NCBI GenBank assembly: GCA_049678885.1
Contig: JBAUEZ010000126.1
Coordinates: 1-57,565, forward strand
DNA from: Candidatus Aquilonibacter sp.
GTDB lineage: Bacteria; Vulcanimicrobiota; Vulcanimicrobiia; Vulcanimicrobiales; Vulcanimicrobiaceae
Direction of reading: 5' to 3'
Length of the DNA: 57,565 nt
The notes beneath the pieces were generated by a model. It searched no databases. It saw only the letters and a program-made list of their open reading frames with translations, and had not been told where the DNA came from. The translations under genes were made by a program, and so were the position numbers. Positions 48,523 to 57,244 of this stretch are shown piece by piece (the first letter of the stretch is position 1; each line of letters starts with the position of its first letter).

Positions 48523-50505
48523 TTACGGGAACGCGATAACCGCCTGACCCGCATCGAGGTATTCCGGCGGCGCCGGCCCTTGCGTCGACATCGTTCCTCC
48601 GTCGAGAACGCCCGATCCGCTAAGCGTTAACGTGTGCCCGAACTGCGGGAACGGAAACGGTGCGACTACTCCCGTCGTCGGATTCAACGCAACCGCACAC
48701 GCTCCGACAAACGCTCCGGCGACAAAACACTCGTTGAACTGTCGCCCGTATGCGCCCCCGGGTTGCTCCAGACTCGCCACGCTGGCCGGCGTCGCCACCG
48801 TGGGATCCAGTACCACGAGTTCCTCCTCCGGGAAGACGTGCAGCCCGGATGCCGTCTCGAAATCCTCCCACAGCACGTCGAGCGAGGGATTATACGTCAG
48901 AAGAAATGAGGCATACGCGTAGATGCGCGCCGCCGTGCTCGAGGAGCCGGCATTCGTGTTGCGCTCCTGACACGAGAACATTTTATTTTGCGCGTTCGTC
49001 TCTAGCTCAGTGTTCTCTTCGGCGGTCCAAAGCCAACCGGTGTGTATGGTGATGGTGTTGGTCGTATAACAGCCCTCGAAGTTTCCGCCGATCGTATTCG
49101 TCGATGGAATCAAACCGAGCGATAGCGAAGGACTATTTCCGTCGACAATTCCCAAGCCGTTGAAGATTACCGGAACGGGCGCAGCGTTCGCTAGCGCGAT
49201 ACTGCCGCTGATCCACGCGCTGTCGGTGTAGTCGCAGGGCAGTGACGGCGAGAATGTGTAGGTAAATTCGCTGAGTGGGCCGCTGTCGTCTTGGTAGATT
49301 GCGTCGTAGTGTGCGCTACCGATCGTGTCTTTGGCGAGGGTTGCGTACGCTGACTGTAATGCGGCTGACGAAGGATTCATCACGTATTGGGTGACGTCGT
49401 CCCAGACGTCCGTCACGCGCACGCCGCTACAGGTCGTTGCGAACGCGGCTGCGGGCGCGGTCGAATAGAGCGCGTCCGTCGTTAGCACGCGATTCGGATC
49501 CAAGTACAGTTGCGTTTTGATGCCCGCACTTGCGATTGCACTGGCGTTGGTCGGTCCCGTTTGCGCCCAGGTTAGATATGGTGCAGCGCTCGAGGCGCTC
49601 ACCGATGTCGTCCCCCAGGGAGTGCCGAGGTAGTCGGCAGTAAGAACGTGCGTTTGCGCTATCGGCACTGGTGTGGGCGTTGCGTGGACATCGGGTGTCG
49701 GATCGACGACAATGACTTGTACGGCAAGTATTGATCCCGAGGTCTCGCCGGTCCCCGTGACCGTTGCCGTAGCGCCTGCTTCGAGCGCCCCTCCCGCGAC
49801 GACGCTGTTCGAAGTCAGCACGATCGGAACCGCTGGATACGAAGAGCTTACCTCTAGCGTGAAGCCATACGCCGCCCCAGCGACGATCCTCCCGCTGGCG
49901 CTTGTCGAACCGGGTGCGCTGCTCGTTTGTGTTGCCACCGTCGCTGTGTACGTAGCCGAAATTGAGCCGGTACCGCCTACTGTTTCGTACTCGCCGACCG
50001 CCGGCGCGCCGCCGATGAACGTCGTGCTCGAGTTCGTAACGATCCACAAGTATCCGTCCTCGGAAGTGTGAATCTGGAAGCCGTTCGTTCGCAACGCGAC
50101 GACCGGGCCTGCAACCGTCGATAGATCGGGCGTCGCGATCGGCGCCGGAGTCGAAGCCGACGTTTGCTGCGTCACGCTCATCGCGGTAATGGAGGTGTTC
50201 AGTGAACCGCTTCCAGTGACGGAGACCTGTTCGCCGACATACGGGTTCGCACCCGAAAACACCGTTGAGGAATTCGTATAGACATTGACGGAGCCGCCCC
50301 CACTAGTTTCAAGCGCGAACTCATTGGCGGCAACCGCAGTGATCTCGCCAGTGGTCTGCACTGTAGAAGGCGTGGGCGAATTGCTAGAGGCCGCCGTGGG
50401 CACGATTGGCGCCGCGCCCGCAAGCCCATGCGAGGCTCCGCCTCCACCGCAGCCCGTTAAAAGCAATGCGAAGAAGAGCGTGACGACAATTGCGCGCTGC
50501 TGCAT
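48523..50505 (-). CDS. Lipoprotein: DUF5666-like beta-domain repeats plus the uncharacterised ~390-aa C-terminal domain (paralog C)
   Basis: 660 aa. Lipobox LLLTGC. Same architecture as paralog A. The C-terminal domain is about 60% identical to A by eye over the stretches I aligned (IAQTHVLTADYLGTPWG..., PVPVIFNGLG, TIGGNFEGCY, GWLWTAEENTELE, GAYGRQF, HTLTLSGSGVLDGG). Confidence 0.85.
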   Translation of the reverse strand: MQQRAIVVTLFFALLLTGCGGGGASHGLAGAAPIVPTAASSNSPTPSTVQTTGEITAVAANEFALETSGGGSVNVYTNSSTVFSGANPYVGEQVSVTGSGSLNTSITAMSVTQQTSASTPAPIATPDLSTVAGPVVALRTNGFQIHTSEDGYLWIVTNSSTTFIGGAPAVGEYETVGGTGSISATYTATVATQTSSAPGSTSASGRIVAGAAYGFTLEVSSSYPAVPIVLTSNSVVAGGALEAGATATVTGTGETSGSILAVQVIVVDPTPDVHATPTPVPIAQTHVLTADYLGTPWGTTSVSASSAAPYLTWAQTGPTNASAIASAGIKTQLYLDPNRVLTTDALYSTAPAAAFATTCSGVRVTDVWDDVTQYVMNPSSAALQSAYATLAKDTIGSAHYDAIYQDDSGPLSEFTYTFSPSLPCDYTDSAWISGSIALANAAPVPVIFNGLGIVDGNSPSLSLGLIPSTNTIGGNFEGCYTTNTITIHTGWLWTAEENTELETNAQNKMFSCQERNTNAGSSSTAARIYAYASFLLTYNPSLDVLWEDFETASGLHVFPEEELVVLDPTVATPASVASLEQPGGAYGRQFNECFVAGAFVGACAVALNPTTGVVAPFPFPQFGHTLTLSGSGVLDGGTMSTQGPAPPEYLDAGQAVIAFP

Positions 50506-50687
50506 ATTACACCCCTAGTATCGCGCCGATATTTTGAATTACCTATCGTCGTTTAGAAGAAACCCTTAGCAAACGTGCTGCTTCTCACACGTAGGTTAGT
50601 CAAGCATGCATATGCTCTTCGTTTAACCAGCCAACGTTCCAACTGTCTCACAACGAATTAGGCACATCGGCCCGCTTGATCCCGCAA

Positions 50688-50703
50688 ACATGTGGGCACA
50701 TGT
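50688..50703. promoter_or_regulatory. Inverted repeat ACATGTG-GG-CACATGT in the regulator upstream region
   Basis: 7-bp perfect arms with a 2-nt spacer, read directly. It sits in the AT-richer 50506-50781 intergenic region. An operator function is only a guess. Confidence 0.3.
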
Positions 50704-50781
50704 ACGGGGTACCCCACTAGACTGAACCTTAGGACTCAATCTGTGGGGTCCCAATTGTATGTCTGGAAAGGACTGGCTTTT

Positions 50782-51441
50782 GTGATCGCAGCGGACAGAA
50801 CTACCAGCGCGTCCGATACGATTCGACTTTACGTAATCGAGGGGCAGGTGCTGTTTGCAAAAGCGCTTTGCCAGGTTTTCGTTTCGGAGAAAAGCATCGA
50901 AGTTGTCGGCGATGCACAAAGCGTGGACGAACGCGCGGTCGCGCGTGCGAAGCCCGACGTGGTAATACTCGATCTCGATGGTGCAACGAACGGTCTCGTT
51001 GAAAGCATCGAACGATGTCACAGCAGCGCACCATCGGCGCGCATTTGCGCACTTACGATGCGCCCGGCCCCGGAGGTGATGCACCGCTGTCTGGCTGCGG
51101 GAGCAGACGCGTACATCATTAAGGATATTATGCCGGGCGAGTTCATCCGTGCCGTGAAGATGGTTGCGGGGGGCGACACGTACGTAGATCCCCGGGTAGC
51201 GGGCGGCTGGCTGAGGCGTCGCTCCTCCGGTGCTCGCGGCGCCGACCTTAATGAGCTTTCGGTACGGGAAACGGAGATAATCCGGCTGATCGCCGAAGGC
51301 CTTTCTAACAAAGAGATCAGCGTCCGGTTAAATCTTTCGGAGAAGACGATCAAGAATCACATCAGTCGAATCTTCTCAAAGCTGAACATCTACGCGCGCA
51401 CGCAAGCCGCGGTGCACGCGATCCGTTTGGGCTTGCTCTAG
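50782..51441 (+). CDS. LuxR/FixJ (NarL)-family response regulator, no cognate kinase in the window
   Basis: I prefer the GTG at 50782, preceded by GGAAAGGA; the track start is 50692. Receiver: LYVIEG..., DVVILDLD, CALT, YIIKD. C-terminal LuxR HTH: LSVRETEIIRLIAEGLSNKEISVRLNLSEKTIKNHISRIFSKL. Confidence 0.8.
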   Translation: MIAADRTTSASDTIRLYVIEGQVLFAKALCQVFVSEKSIEVVGDAQSVDERAVARAKPDVVILDLDGATNGLVESIERCHSSAPSARICALTMRPAPEVMHRCLAAGADAYIIKDIMPGEFIRAVKMVAGGDTYVDPRVAGGWLRRRSSGARGADLNELSVRETEIIRLIAEGLSNKEISVRLNLSEKTIKNHISRIFSKLNIYARTQAAVHAIRLGLL

Positions 51442-52590
51442 CGATCTGATCACGATCGACTCGATGGCCTTGGTAACGACCCGCACGTCACGATCGCGCA
51501 TGGACGGATAAAGCGGAAGCGAGATCAGTTGCGTCCAGACGCGCTCGGTCTGCGGGCACGTGCGCGTTTCGAGAAAGCGATAGGCGCGCAACAGATGGGT
51601 TGGAATGTAATGCACGGACGTGCCGATGTTCGCGTCACGCAACGCGTCGATCAAATTGCCGCGTCCGATCCCCGTTCGCGCTTCGTCGACGGCGATAACG
51701 TACATGCACCAGCTCGCACGATCTCCCGAATTGCACGAAGGGAGGGGGACCCGGATTCCGGGTACGTTCGAGAGGAGCTCGGTGTAGAGAGCGGCGAGTT
51801 CGTCGCGCCGCGCTTGCAACTCCGGAAGCCGGCGTAACTGCCCAAGGCCGATCGCAGCTAAGGGATCAGGCATATTGTACTTATAGCCGGGCTCGGAAAC
51901 GTCGTATTGCCACGAACCGCCGCCGCTGTACCGTTTCCAAGCGTCGCGATCCATGCCGTGCAGCGCTAGCACTCGAGCGCGCTCGGCGAGGGCGTCGTCA
52001 TTGGTGACAAGCATTCCGCCCTCACACGTCGTGAGATTTTTCGTAGCATAGAAGCTGTACGCCGCGGCGTCGCTACACGCCCCGGCCCATCGGCCCCGAT
52101 CGAGCATTCCGGCGGCATGAGCCGCGTCTTCGAGCACACGGATCCCGCGCGCATGGGCGAGCGCTACGATGGCGGCAACGTCGAGCGGACGACCGGCATA
52201 CGGCATCGCAATAATGACCTTCGTTTTGGGTGAGAGAACGCGGGCAACAGATTCGGGTGTGATGCTCAGCGACTCCGGATCGACATCCGCAAAGACAGGC
52301 GTAGCTCCCAATTCAAGCGTACATTGCGCTCCGGCTACGAAGGTAAGCGAGGGCATAACGACTTCGTCACCCGGGCCTGTGTCGAAGGCGCGCAGAGCGA
52401 TGTGGAGAGCTGCGGTGCAGCTGTTCATGGCGACCGCGTTGCGAATACCGCAAGCAGCAGCGAACTCGTACTCAAATCTGTGAACGTGCGGCCCCGTCGT
52501 AAGCCACCCTTCACGTAGCGCGTGCAGCGCGCTCTTCAGCTCGTCATCGGAGAGTGCGGGACGGTAGTAGGGTAGGAATTGATCGGCCAT
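51376..52590 (-). CDS. DegT/DnrJ/EryC1/StrS-family PLP aminotransferase (second copy; PglE/ArnB/WecE-like)
   Basis: ATG at 52590 (MADQFLPYYRPALSDDELKSALHALREGWLTTGP). Motifs NSCTAALHIAL and SFYATKNLTTCEGGM (PLP Lys). The upstream 95 codons of the track ORF are Arg-rich and discarded. The 3' end overlaps the convergent regulator by 66 nt. Confidence 0.85.
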   Translation of the reverse strand: MADQFLPYYRPALSDDELKSALHALREGWLTTGPHVHRFEYEFAAACGIRNAVAMNSCTAALHIALRAFDTGPGDEVVMPSLTFVAGAQCTLELGATPVFADVDPESLSITPESVARVLSPKTKVIIAMPYAGRPLDVAAIVALAHARGIRVLEDAAHAAGMLDRGRWAGACSDAAAYSFYATKNLTTCEGGMLVTNDDALAERARVLALHGMDRDAWKRYSGGGSWQYDVSEPGYKYNMPDPLAAIGLGQLRRLPELQARRDELAALYTELLSNVPGIRVPLPSCNSGDRASWCMYVIAVDEARTGIGRGNLIDALRDANIGTSVHYIPTHLLRAYRFLETRTCPQTERVWTQLISLPLYPSMRDRDVRVVTKAIESIVIRSLEQAQTDRVHRGLRARVDVQL

Positions 52591-53927
52591 AGTGGGGTCC
52601 TTTTGGGAGCGAGCGCAGCGTTGCGTATCAGCATTACGACCATGAACGCCAGCCACAGGTATTTGAACGTCAGGATATCTAAGAACATGCCCGCCATAAA
52701 CAGGCCGATGACCGCGGCTTCGGCCGCGATTCGCACACCGTAGAGCGCGTCGTGCCGGGAAATCGCCCGCAGCGCCCGGAACTGCACAATCCACGCCGCA
52801 ACGAGAATCACCAGCCCTACAACGCCAAGCTCCACGCCTGCGGAAAGAAGAATATTGTGCGGGGCTCGATGCCAAAATGTGTACTGATGTTCGCTAATTT
52901 CTAAAAACGCCTGATCGAATGCGATGGGAAAATTGGCGTAACCGGCTCCAAACCAAAAGTGATTGCGAAACGCTATCAAACCGACGCGCCAGATATCGAG
53001 ACGACCGGCACCGCCGGTTGATGCGGCGATACTAAAGCGCGAAGCGATGTTCCCGTTGAGCGCAAGGGCGGAACTGATCACGGCAAGGGCGACGCCGGAG
53101 GCTAGGAGGCTGGTACGAGCACGCAGCATGATGTAAATCAGGACAACGGCTGCGGCAACCACGGCGCCGCGCGATCCTGATACGGCGATTCCCGTCCACA
53201 TTACCAGCAACGCGCCGGTGTAGGCCGCGCGAAGCGCGAGCGAGCGCGCTTGTAAGAGTCCGATCAGCGCGAGAGCTATGGGCAGGAGCAACGCAGCGGC
53301 GAACTGATTTGGATCCATGGGGTTGTTGTCGATCGATAAGAAGAGGCGTCCGCCTCTCAAGTCCATGCCGCGGCTGAAGAGATACGCGCCATAGCCGGCT
53401 GCGACAGTGCCACTTAACACTACGCTCGCGAGCACGATGTGCAGCGTCCGCTTGTCAAGTGGAACCAGCGAGACCACCACGTAGAGCGCTAGCAGTTGAC
53501 CGAGTGTAAAGAGCTGCGAATAGCCAACTACTGGGTCGGCAGCCCACGTCAGCGACGCTGCAGACCAAACCCAAAGCAGCCCCCAGAGCAGGATGGCGCG
53601 GTCCGGAGCAACCGCGCGACGCGTGCGAATCAGCCAAAGCACGATGCTAGCGCCACAGACAATTGCAAGCAACCGCGCAAGCGTTCCGAACGCCGGTGCG
53701 CCCATCAGGTTGTCAAAAGGCGCCAGCATGACATAGAACGTGAACGGAAACACCAGGGGTTCGCAGATTGCGCCGTAGACAGCCAGCGGACCCAGCACGG
53801 CAGCGAGAGCCAGCGCCACGCCCGTCTTCGTTCCGGCCAGCGCCGTAATACCTAGCGCGGCAAATGCACCAAGTACAAGCATTCCGGTGGTGACTAGTAG
53901 CGGTGGGCGCACGAGCGAACGAATCAT
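52536..53927 (-). CDS. O-antigen ligase / polymerase family membrane protein (Wzy_C domain)
   Basis: 463 aa, about 11-12 TM helices. The periplasmic-loop region contains GSRGA (IAVSGSRGAVVAAAVV) and HRAPHNILL, typical of the Wzy_C/O-antigen ligase family. Confidence 0.75.
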   Translation of the reverse strand: MIRSLVRPPLLVTTGMLVLGAFAALGITALAGTKTGVALALAAVLGPLAVYGAICEPLVFPFTFYVMLAPFDNLMGAPAFGTLARLLAIVCGASIVLWLIRTRRAVAPDRAILLWGLLWVWSAASLTWAADPVVGYSQLFTLGQLLALYVVVSLVPLDKRTLHIVLASVVLSGTVAAGYGAYLFSRGMDLRGGRLFLSIDNNPMDPNQFAAALLLPIALALIGLLQARSLALRAAYTGALLVMWTGIAVSGSRGAVVAAAVVLIYIMLRARTSLLASGVALAVISSALALNGNIASRFSIAASTGGAGRLDIWRVGLIAFRNHFWFGAGYANFPIAFDQAFLEISEHQYTFWHRAPHNILLSAGVELGVVGLVILVAAWIVQFRALRAISRHDALYGVRIAAEAAVIGLFMAGMFLDILTFKYLWLAFMVVMLIRNAALAPKRTPLWPINSYPTTVPHSPMTS

Positions 53928-53930
53928 CCG

Positions 53931-55247
53931 TCAGGCGCTCCTCTCAACCGTGCGCGTGCGCCTACGCCCGAGCAATGCGCCGGCAATGTTCACATAGGTC
54001 GCGAGGTCGCTTAGTCGCGGCACGAGCATCGCGCGCACGTCGATGCGCGTCGCTGACGCAAACCACAAGATGGCCGCGCTTTGGCCCGCAATGTATGCCA
54101 CCGTCGATGCCAGCGCTGCGCCGATTAGGCCGAGGCGCGGGATTAGTAGGATGCTGGCCACGATGCAGATCGCTGCCGACGACGACGCGAGAACGAGCGG
54201 CACTTCAGGGCGTCCCAGTCGAATCGTGAAATATGTGGACATCGGGCTACCGAGCGAAAGAGCGAAGACCCCGACAAGCAGGATGCGTATCGCGGGCACG
54301 ACGGGCATGAACGCCGATCCATAGAGTAGATCCACGGCGATCGGTGCGAGCACTGCAAGGCCCACACAGGAAACACCGGCCACGAGGACGTTGTGGCGTA
54401 CGGCGCGCGCCGCCAGCGCTGCCGCTTCGGTTTCCTCGAGACTCGCAACGTGCGGAGCGGTGACCACTGCGGTGATTTGCGTTGCGGCGAGCAGCGCCTC
54501 GGCCGCGCTGACCGCAAGGGTGTACATGCCGAGCATCGACGGCGTCCCCAACACGGCCACAAGATATACGTCGGACCGGTAATTGAGCAACGTCACGAGC
54601 CCGACGAGCCCCGAGCGTAAGGCGTATTGCGTAAAAGCCCACGGTGATACGGTTCCCGCAGGGAGACGCCGTGCGTCGAGCGCGACCCAAACGATCGCAG
54701 CGACCGCCATGAGGTTCGTCGCGATGAGCCAACCCGCTATAGCTCCGCTCACGTTGCGTTGGCCGGCGGCAAAGAAGACGAGTAACGTCACGGCTAGCAT
54801 CAACGCAATGCTGATGGTAGCAAAGGTTGCGCTGCGCCGCACGCGATGCGTTCCTATGACGTAGCCGGTAACGATCATTAGCGCGGCCGGACCGGGAAGC
54901 GAAATAACCGCCGCCGGCGCAGCCCACATCGTGTGACTGAGAAACGCTAGCGCAGCGGCGGCGCACGCTCCGATGAGCACGAATAGTGATGCGCATACGA
55001 GCGCGGAACGCACAATCGCCCGCCCAGCGGCATGACGTAAGAGAAAATATGAAGTTGCTGAGCTCAGCCCGGTGAACGCTGCGGTCACGATGCCCGCGTC
55101 GACCATCGGCGTGACGTAGAGTCCACGCGCGTGCGTTCCAAGAACGCGCGCGGTGAGCACACCAAGCGCTGCCGCGAACAGCATTGCCAGGATACGCATC
55201 GCGAAAGTGTAGATGCCATCGGTAAAGAGGCGATAGCGGAGTGACAT
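53931..55247 (-). CDS. Wzx-like polysaccharide flippase (MOP superfamily)
   Basis: 438 aa with about 12-14 TM helices and a polysaccharide-biosynthesis-protein-like layout. It lies between the Wzy-like gene and the initiating transferase. Confidence 0.75.
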   Translation of the reverse strand: MSLRYRLFTDGIYTFAMRILAMLFAAALGVLTARVLGTHARGLYVTPMVDAGIVTAAFTGLSSATSYFLLRHAAGRAIVRSALVCASLFVLIGACAAAALAFLSHTMWAAPAAVISLPGPAALMIVTGYVIGTHRVRRSATFATISIALMLAVTLLVFFAAGQRNVSGAIAGWLIATNLMAVAAIVWVALDARRLPAGTVSPWAFTQYALRSGLVGLVTLLNYRSDVYLVAVLGTPSMLGMYTLAVSAAEALLAATQITAVVTAPHVASLEETEAAALAARAVRHNVLVAGVSCVGLAVLAPIAVDLLYGSAFMPVVPAIRILLVGVFALSLGSPMSTYFTIRLGRPEVPLVLASSSAAICIVASILLIPRLGLIGAALASTVAYIAGQSAAILWFASATRIDVRAMLVPRLSDLATYVNIAGALLGRRRTRTVERSA

Positions 55248-55265
55248 TTCCTTCAGACCGCGCGT

Positions 55266-56219
55266 TCAGACCGCGCGTTGCGAGGTGAATTCGCACGCCG
55301 TCTTGATCAGACAGTACAGGTAGAGGTAGACGCCGACGTTCTCCACGTAGAACAGATCGTACGAGAGCACACGGGGTGCGTCGCCGGGCTGCAGGTTACG
55401 AGGCAGATGGAGCTGTGCCCATCCGGTTAAGCCCGGCCGGATAAGATGACGCAGCGCGTAAAGCGGAATCTCGCGGTTGAATCGATCGGCGTACTCACGC
55501 ATCTCGGGACGCGGGCCAACCAGCGACATATCTCCCAGCGCGACGTTAACAAGCTGTGGAAGTTCGTCTAGACTCATGCGCCGCAAGAACGCGCCGCGCG
55601 GCGTAATACGCGTGTCACCTGGACGAACCCATGCAGCGCCGGCATCGTTGCGCAGGGTTCGAAACTTGCCGAGCATAAAATCCTGGTCGTCACGTCCGAC
55701 GCGTCGTTGTTGGAAGACGACCGGCGCGCCGTCACCGAGGCGAATCGTGAGCGCGACGAGCGCGAAGAACGGCGCGAAGACCAGCAGCGCGATAGAAGCC
55801 AAGGCGACGTCGAACAAACGGATGATGCTCAGCTCGATCGCGGCCGAGCGACGGCGCCGCGGGTGGCGCAAACGCTCAATCGCCGGGTCGAAGGAGCGTT
55901 CGCCGCGTCGCATCCGCTGCAGTGCCGCGCCCCACGCGCCCGCGCCGATTGTCCAGAGTACCGCGCCGGCAAGCGCGCCCCACCACGCTAAACCAAAAGC
56001 CAGTGCGAGCAACAAGCCCAGCAACGCGCCGAGCGAAGCGACCGCGCCAGCCTGGTACCATTCATCACGAGTGCGCAGTGCAAAACTTACGCGATAACGT
56101 CCAGCCGCAACCGCTACAACGAACGTCGTCGCAAGGGCGAGAAACGCCGAGGCGGCGCCGCCGAATGGAGCGAGCAGCAAAATGCTCGCGACCGCGACGG
56201 CGACATCGCCCGCCATCAT
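55266..56219 (-). CDS. Polyprenyl-phosphate sugar-1-phosphate transferase (bacterial sugar transferase, PglC/WbaP/EpsL family)
   Basis: ATG at 56219/56216 avoids overlap with the upstream gene. N-terminal TM helices, then RLFDVALASIALLVFAPFF, FQQRRVG, KFRTL, DELPQL.NV..GDMSLVGPRPE. Confidence 0.88.
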   Translation of the reverse strand: MMAGDVAVAVASILLLAPFGGAASAFLALATTFVVAVAAGRYRVSFALRTRDEWYQAGAVASLGALLGLLLALAFGLAWWGALAGAVLWTIGAGAWGAALQRMRRGERSFDPAIERLRHPRRRRSAAIELSIIRLFDVALASIALLVFAPFFALVALTIRLGDGAPVVFQQRRVGRDDQDFMLGKFRTLRNDAGAAWVRPGDTRITPRGAFLRRMSLDELPQLVNVALGDMSLVGPRPEMREYADRFNREIPLYALRHLIRPGLTGWAQLHLPRNLQPGDAPRVLSYDLFYVENVGVYLYLYCLIKTACEFTSQRAV

Positions 56220-56257
56220 TGCGGTGCCGGCATGCTCGAGCCGTTCGGGCAGTGCGC

Positions 56258-57244
56258 CTAGCACGCGCGCCCCGCGAACACAAAACGGCGCGCGCGCTCG
56301 TACCACGCAAAAGCCGGGCTACGAAGATCGCATTCGCGATACGACACCGACGCGGCGCCAAGGTCGGTCTTGAAGCGCTCGACTCCCTCCAATCCTTCGC
56401 TCGCGCCGAGATTGTACCAGCGCACGCCGCGCTCGCAGGCTGCGCGAAGAAGTGCGACGTTGAGCGCGTTGCTTGGACGAAAGCGCGCGGCATCGCGGTC
56501 CATGGCCGCCGACCAGAAGAAGAGCTCCTGCGAGCCGAAGAGCACGACGCCGCCGCCGACCGGACGACCGTCGACGCGTGCAAACCACAACTGCGCGTCA
56601 TCCCCTCCGTACTGTAGTACGCGTACGAGCAGCGCGTACGAGATTGTCGGACGCTTTGACGGCCAGCGTGCACTCGCCGCCTCGAGCATGGCATAGTACA
56701 CCGGTAGTTCGCGTGCCGAAACGCGCGTGCAGACGACGCCGCGACGCAGCGCCTGATCCGCCATGCGCCGCGTCACGCCGCGCATGCGCTTCATGACCGC
56801 ATCGAAGCCGCCGGCACAATCGATGACGGCGGTTTCATGCGTCTTGTTCGTGCTCCATGCCGCGACGGGCGCGGGGCCGAGCGGCCAGGGGATCACCGAA
56901 AGCCGGTCGACGTGGTCGGCGACCGCAGCAATCACGGCATCCGCCTGCGATTGCGTGGCAAGGCCGGCTGCCTCATCGAGTACGCACGTGTAGCCGCCGA
57001 GCGGAAAAGCTAAATACTCGCGAAATGGAATGCGCCGCCGAATCGCGTGCACCGTCGGTAGAATGTAGGTCCGATCGTTGACGCGCACGCGTAGTGGCGC
57101 GGCGCAAAGCGACGGGATCGTTTGCGCAAGGGCGCTTGCCCACGCCGGACGTGCGAAGAACGTCGGCGCTTTGTGGGAATCATCGAACGCGCTCCAACGC
57201 TCGAGAGAGAGCTGCTCGAGGTTCATGAGGCCGCCTGCTCCCAC
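56258..57244 (-). CDS. GNAT-fold acyl/aminoacyl-transferase of the FemAB / CelD (Acetyltransf_6) type
   Basis: 328 aa. The C-terminal VGGGVVLFGSQELFFWSAAMD...SNALNVALLRAACERGVRWYNLGAS...GV.RFK resembles FemAB-related/CelD-like proteins found in exopolysaccharide loci. Confidence 0.6.
   Translation of the reverse strand: MGAGGLMNLEQLSLERWSAFDDSHKAPTFFARPAWASALAQTIPSLCAAPLRVRVNDRTYILPTVHAIRRRIPFREYLAFPLGGYTCVLDEAAGLATQSQADAVIAAVADHVDRLSVIPWPLGPAPVAAWSTNKTHETAVIDCAGGFDAVMKRMRGVTRRMADQALRRGVVCTRVSARELPVYYAMLEAASARWPSKRPTISYALLVRVLQYGGDDAQLWFARVDGRPVGGGVVLFGSQELFFWSAAMDRDAARFRPSNALNVALLRAACERGVRWYNLGASEGLEGVERFKTDLGAASVSYRECDLRSPAFAWYERARRFVFAGRAC

Noticed and set aside
50782-51441. Calling the LuxR-type regulator a VpsT/CsgD-like c-di-GMP effector outright.
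   Set aside because: The receiver keeps the phospho-acceptor Asp, Thr and Lys. The linker motif is WLRR, not W-[FLM]-[TS]-R. I kept this only as a flagged hypothesis inside a finding, not as an annotation.
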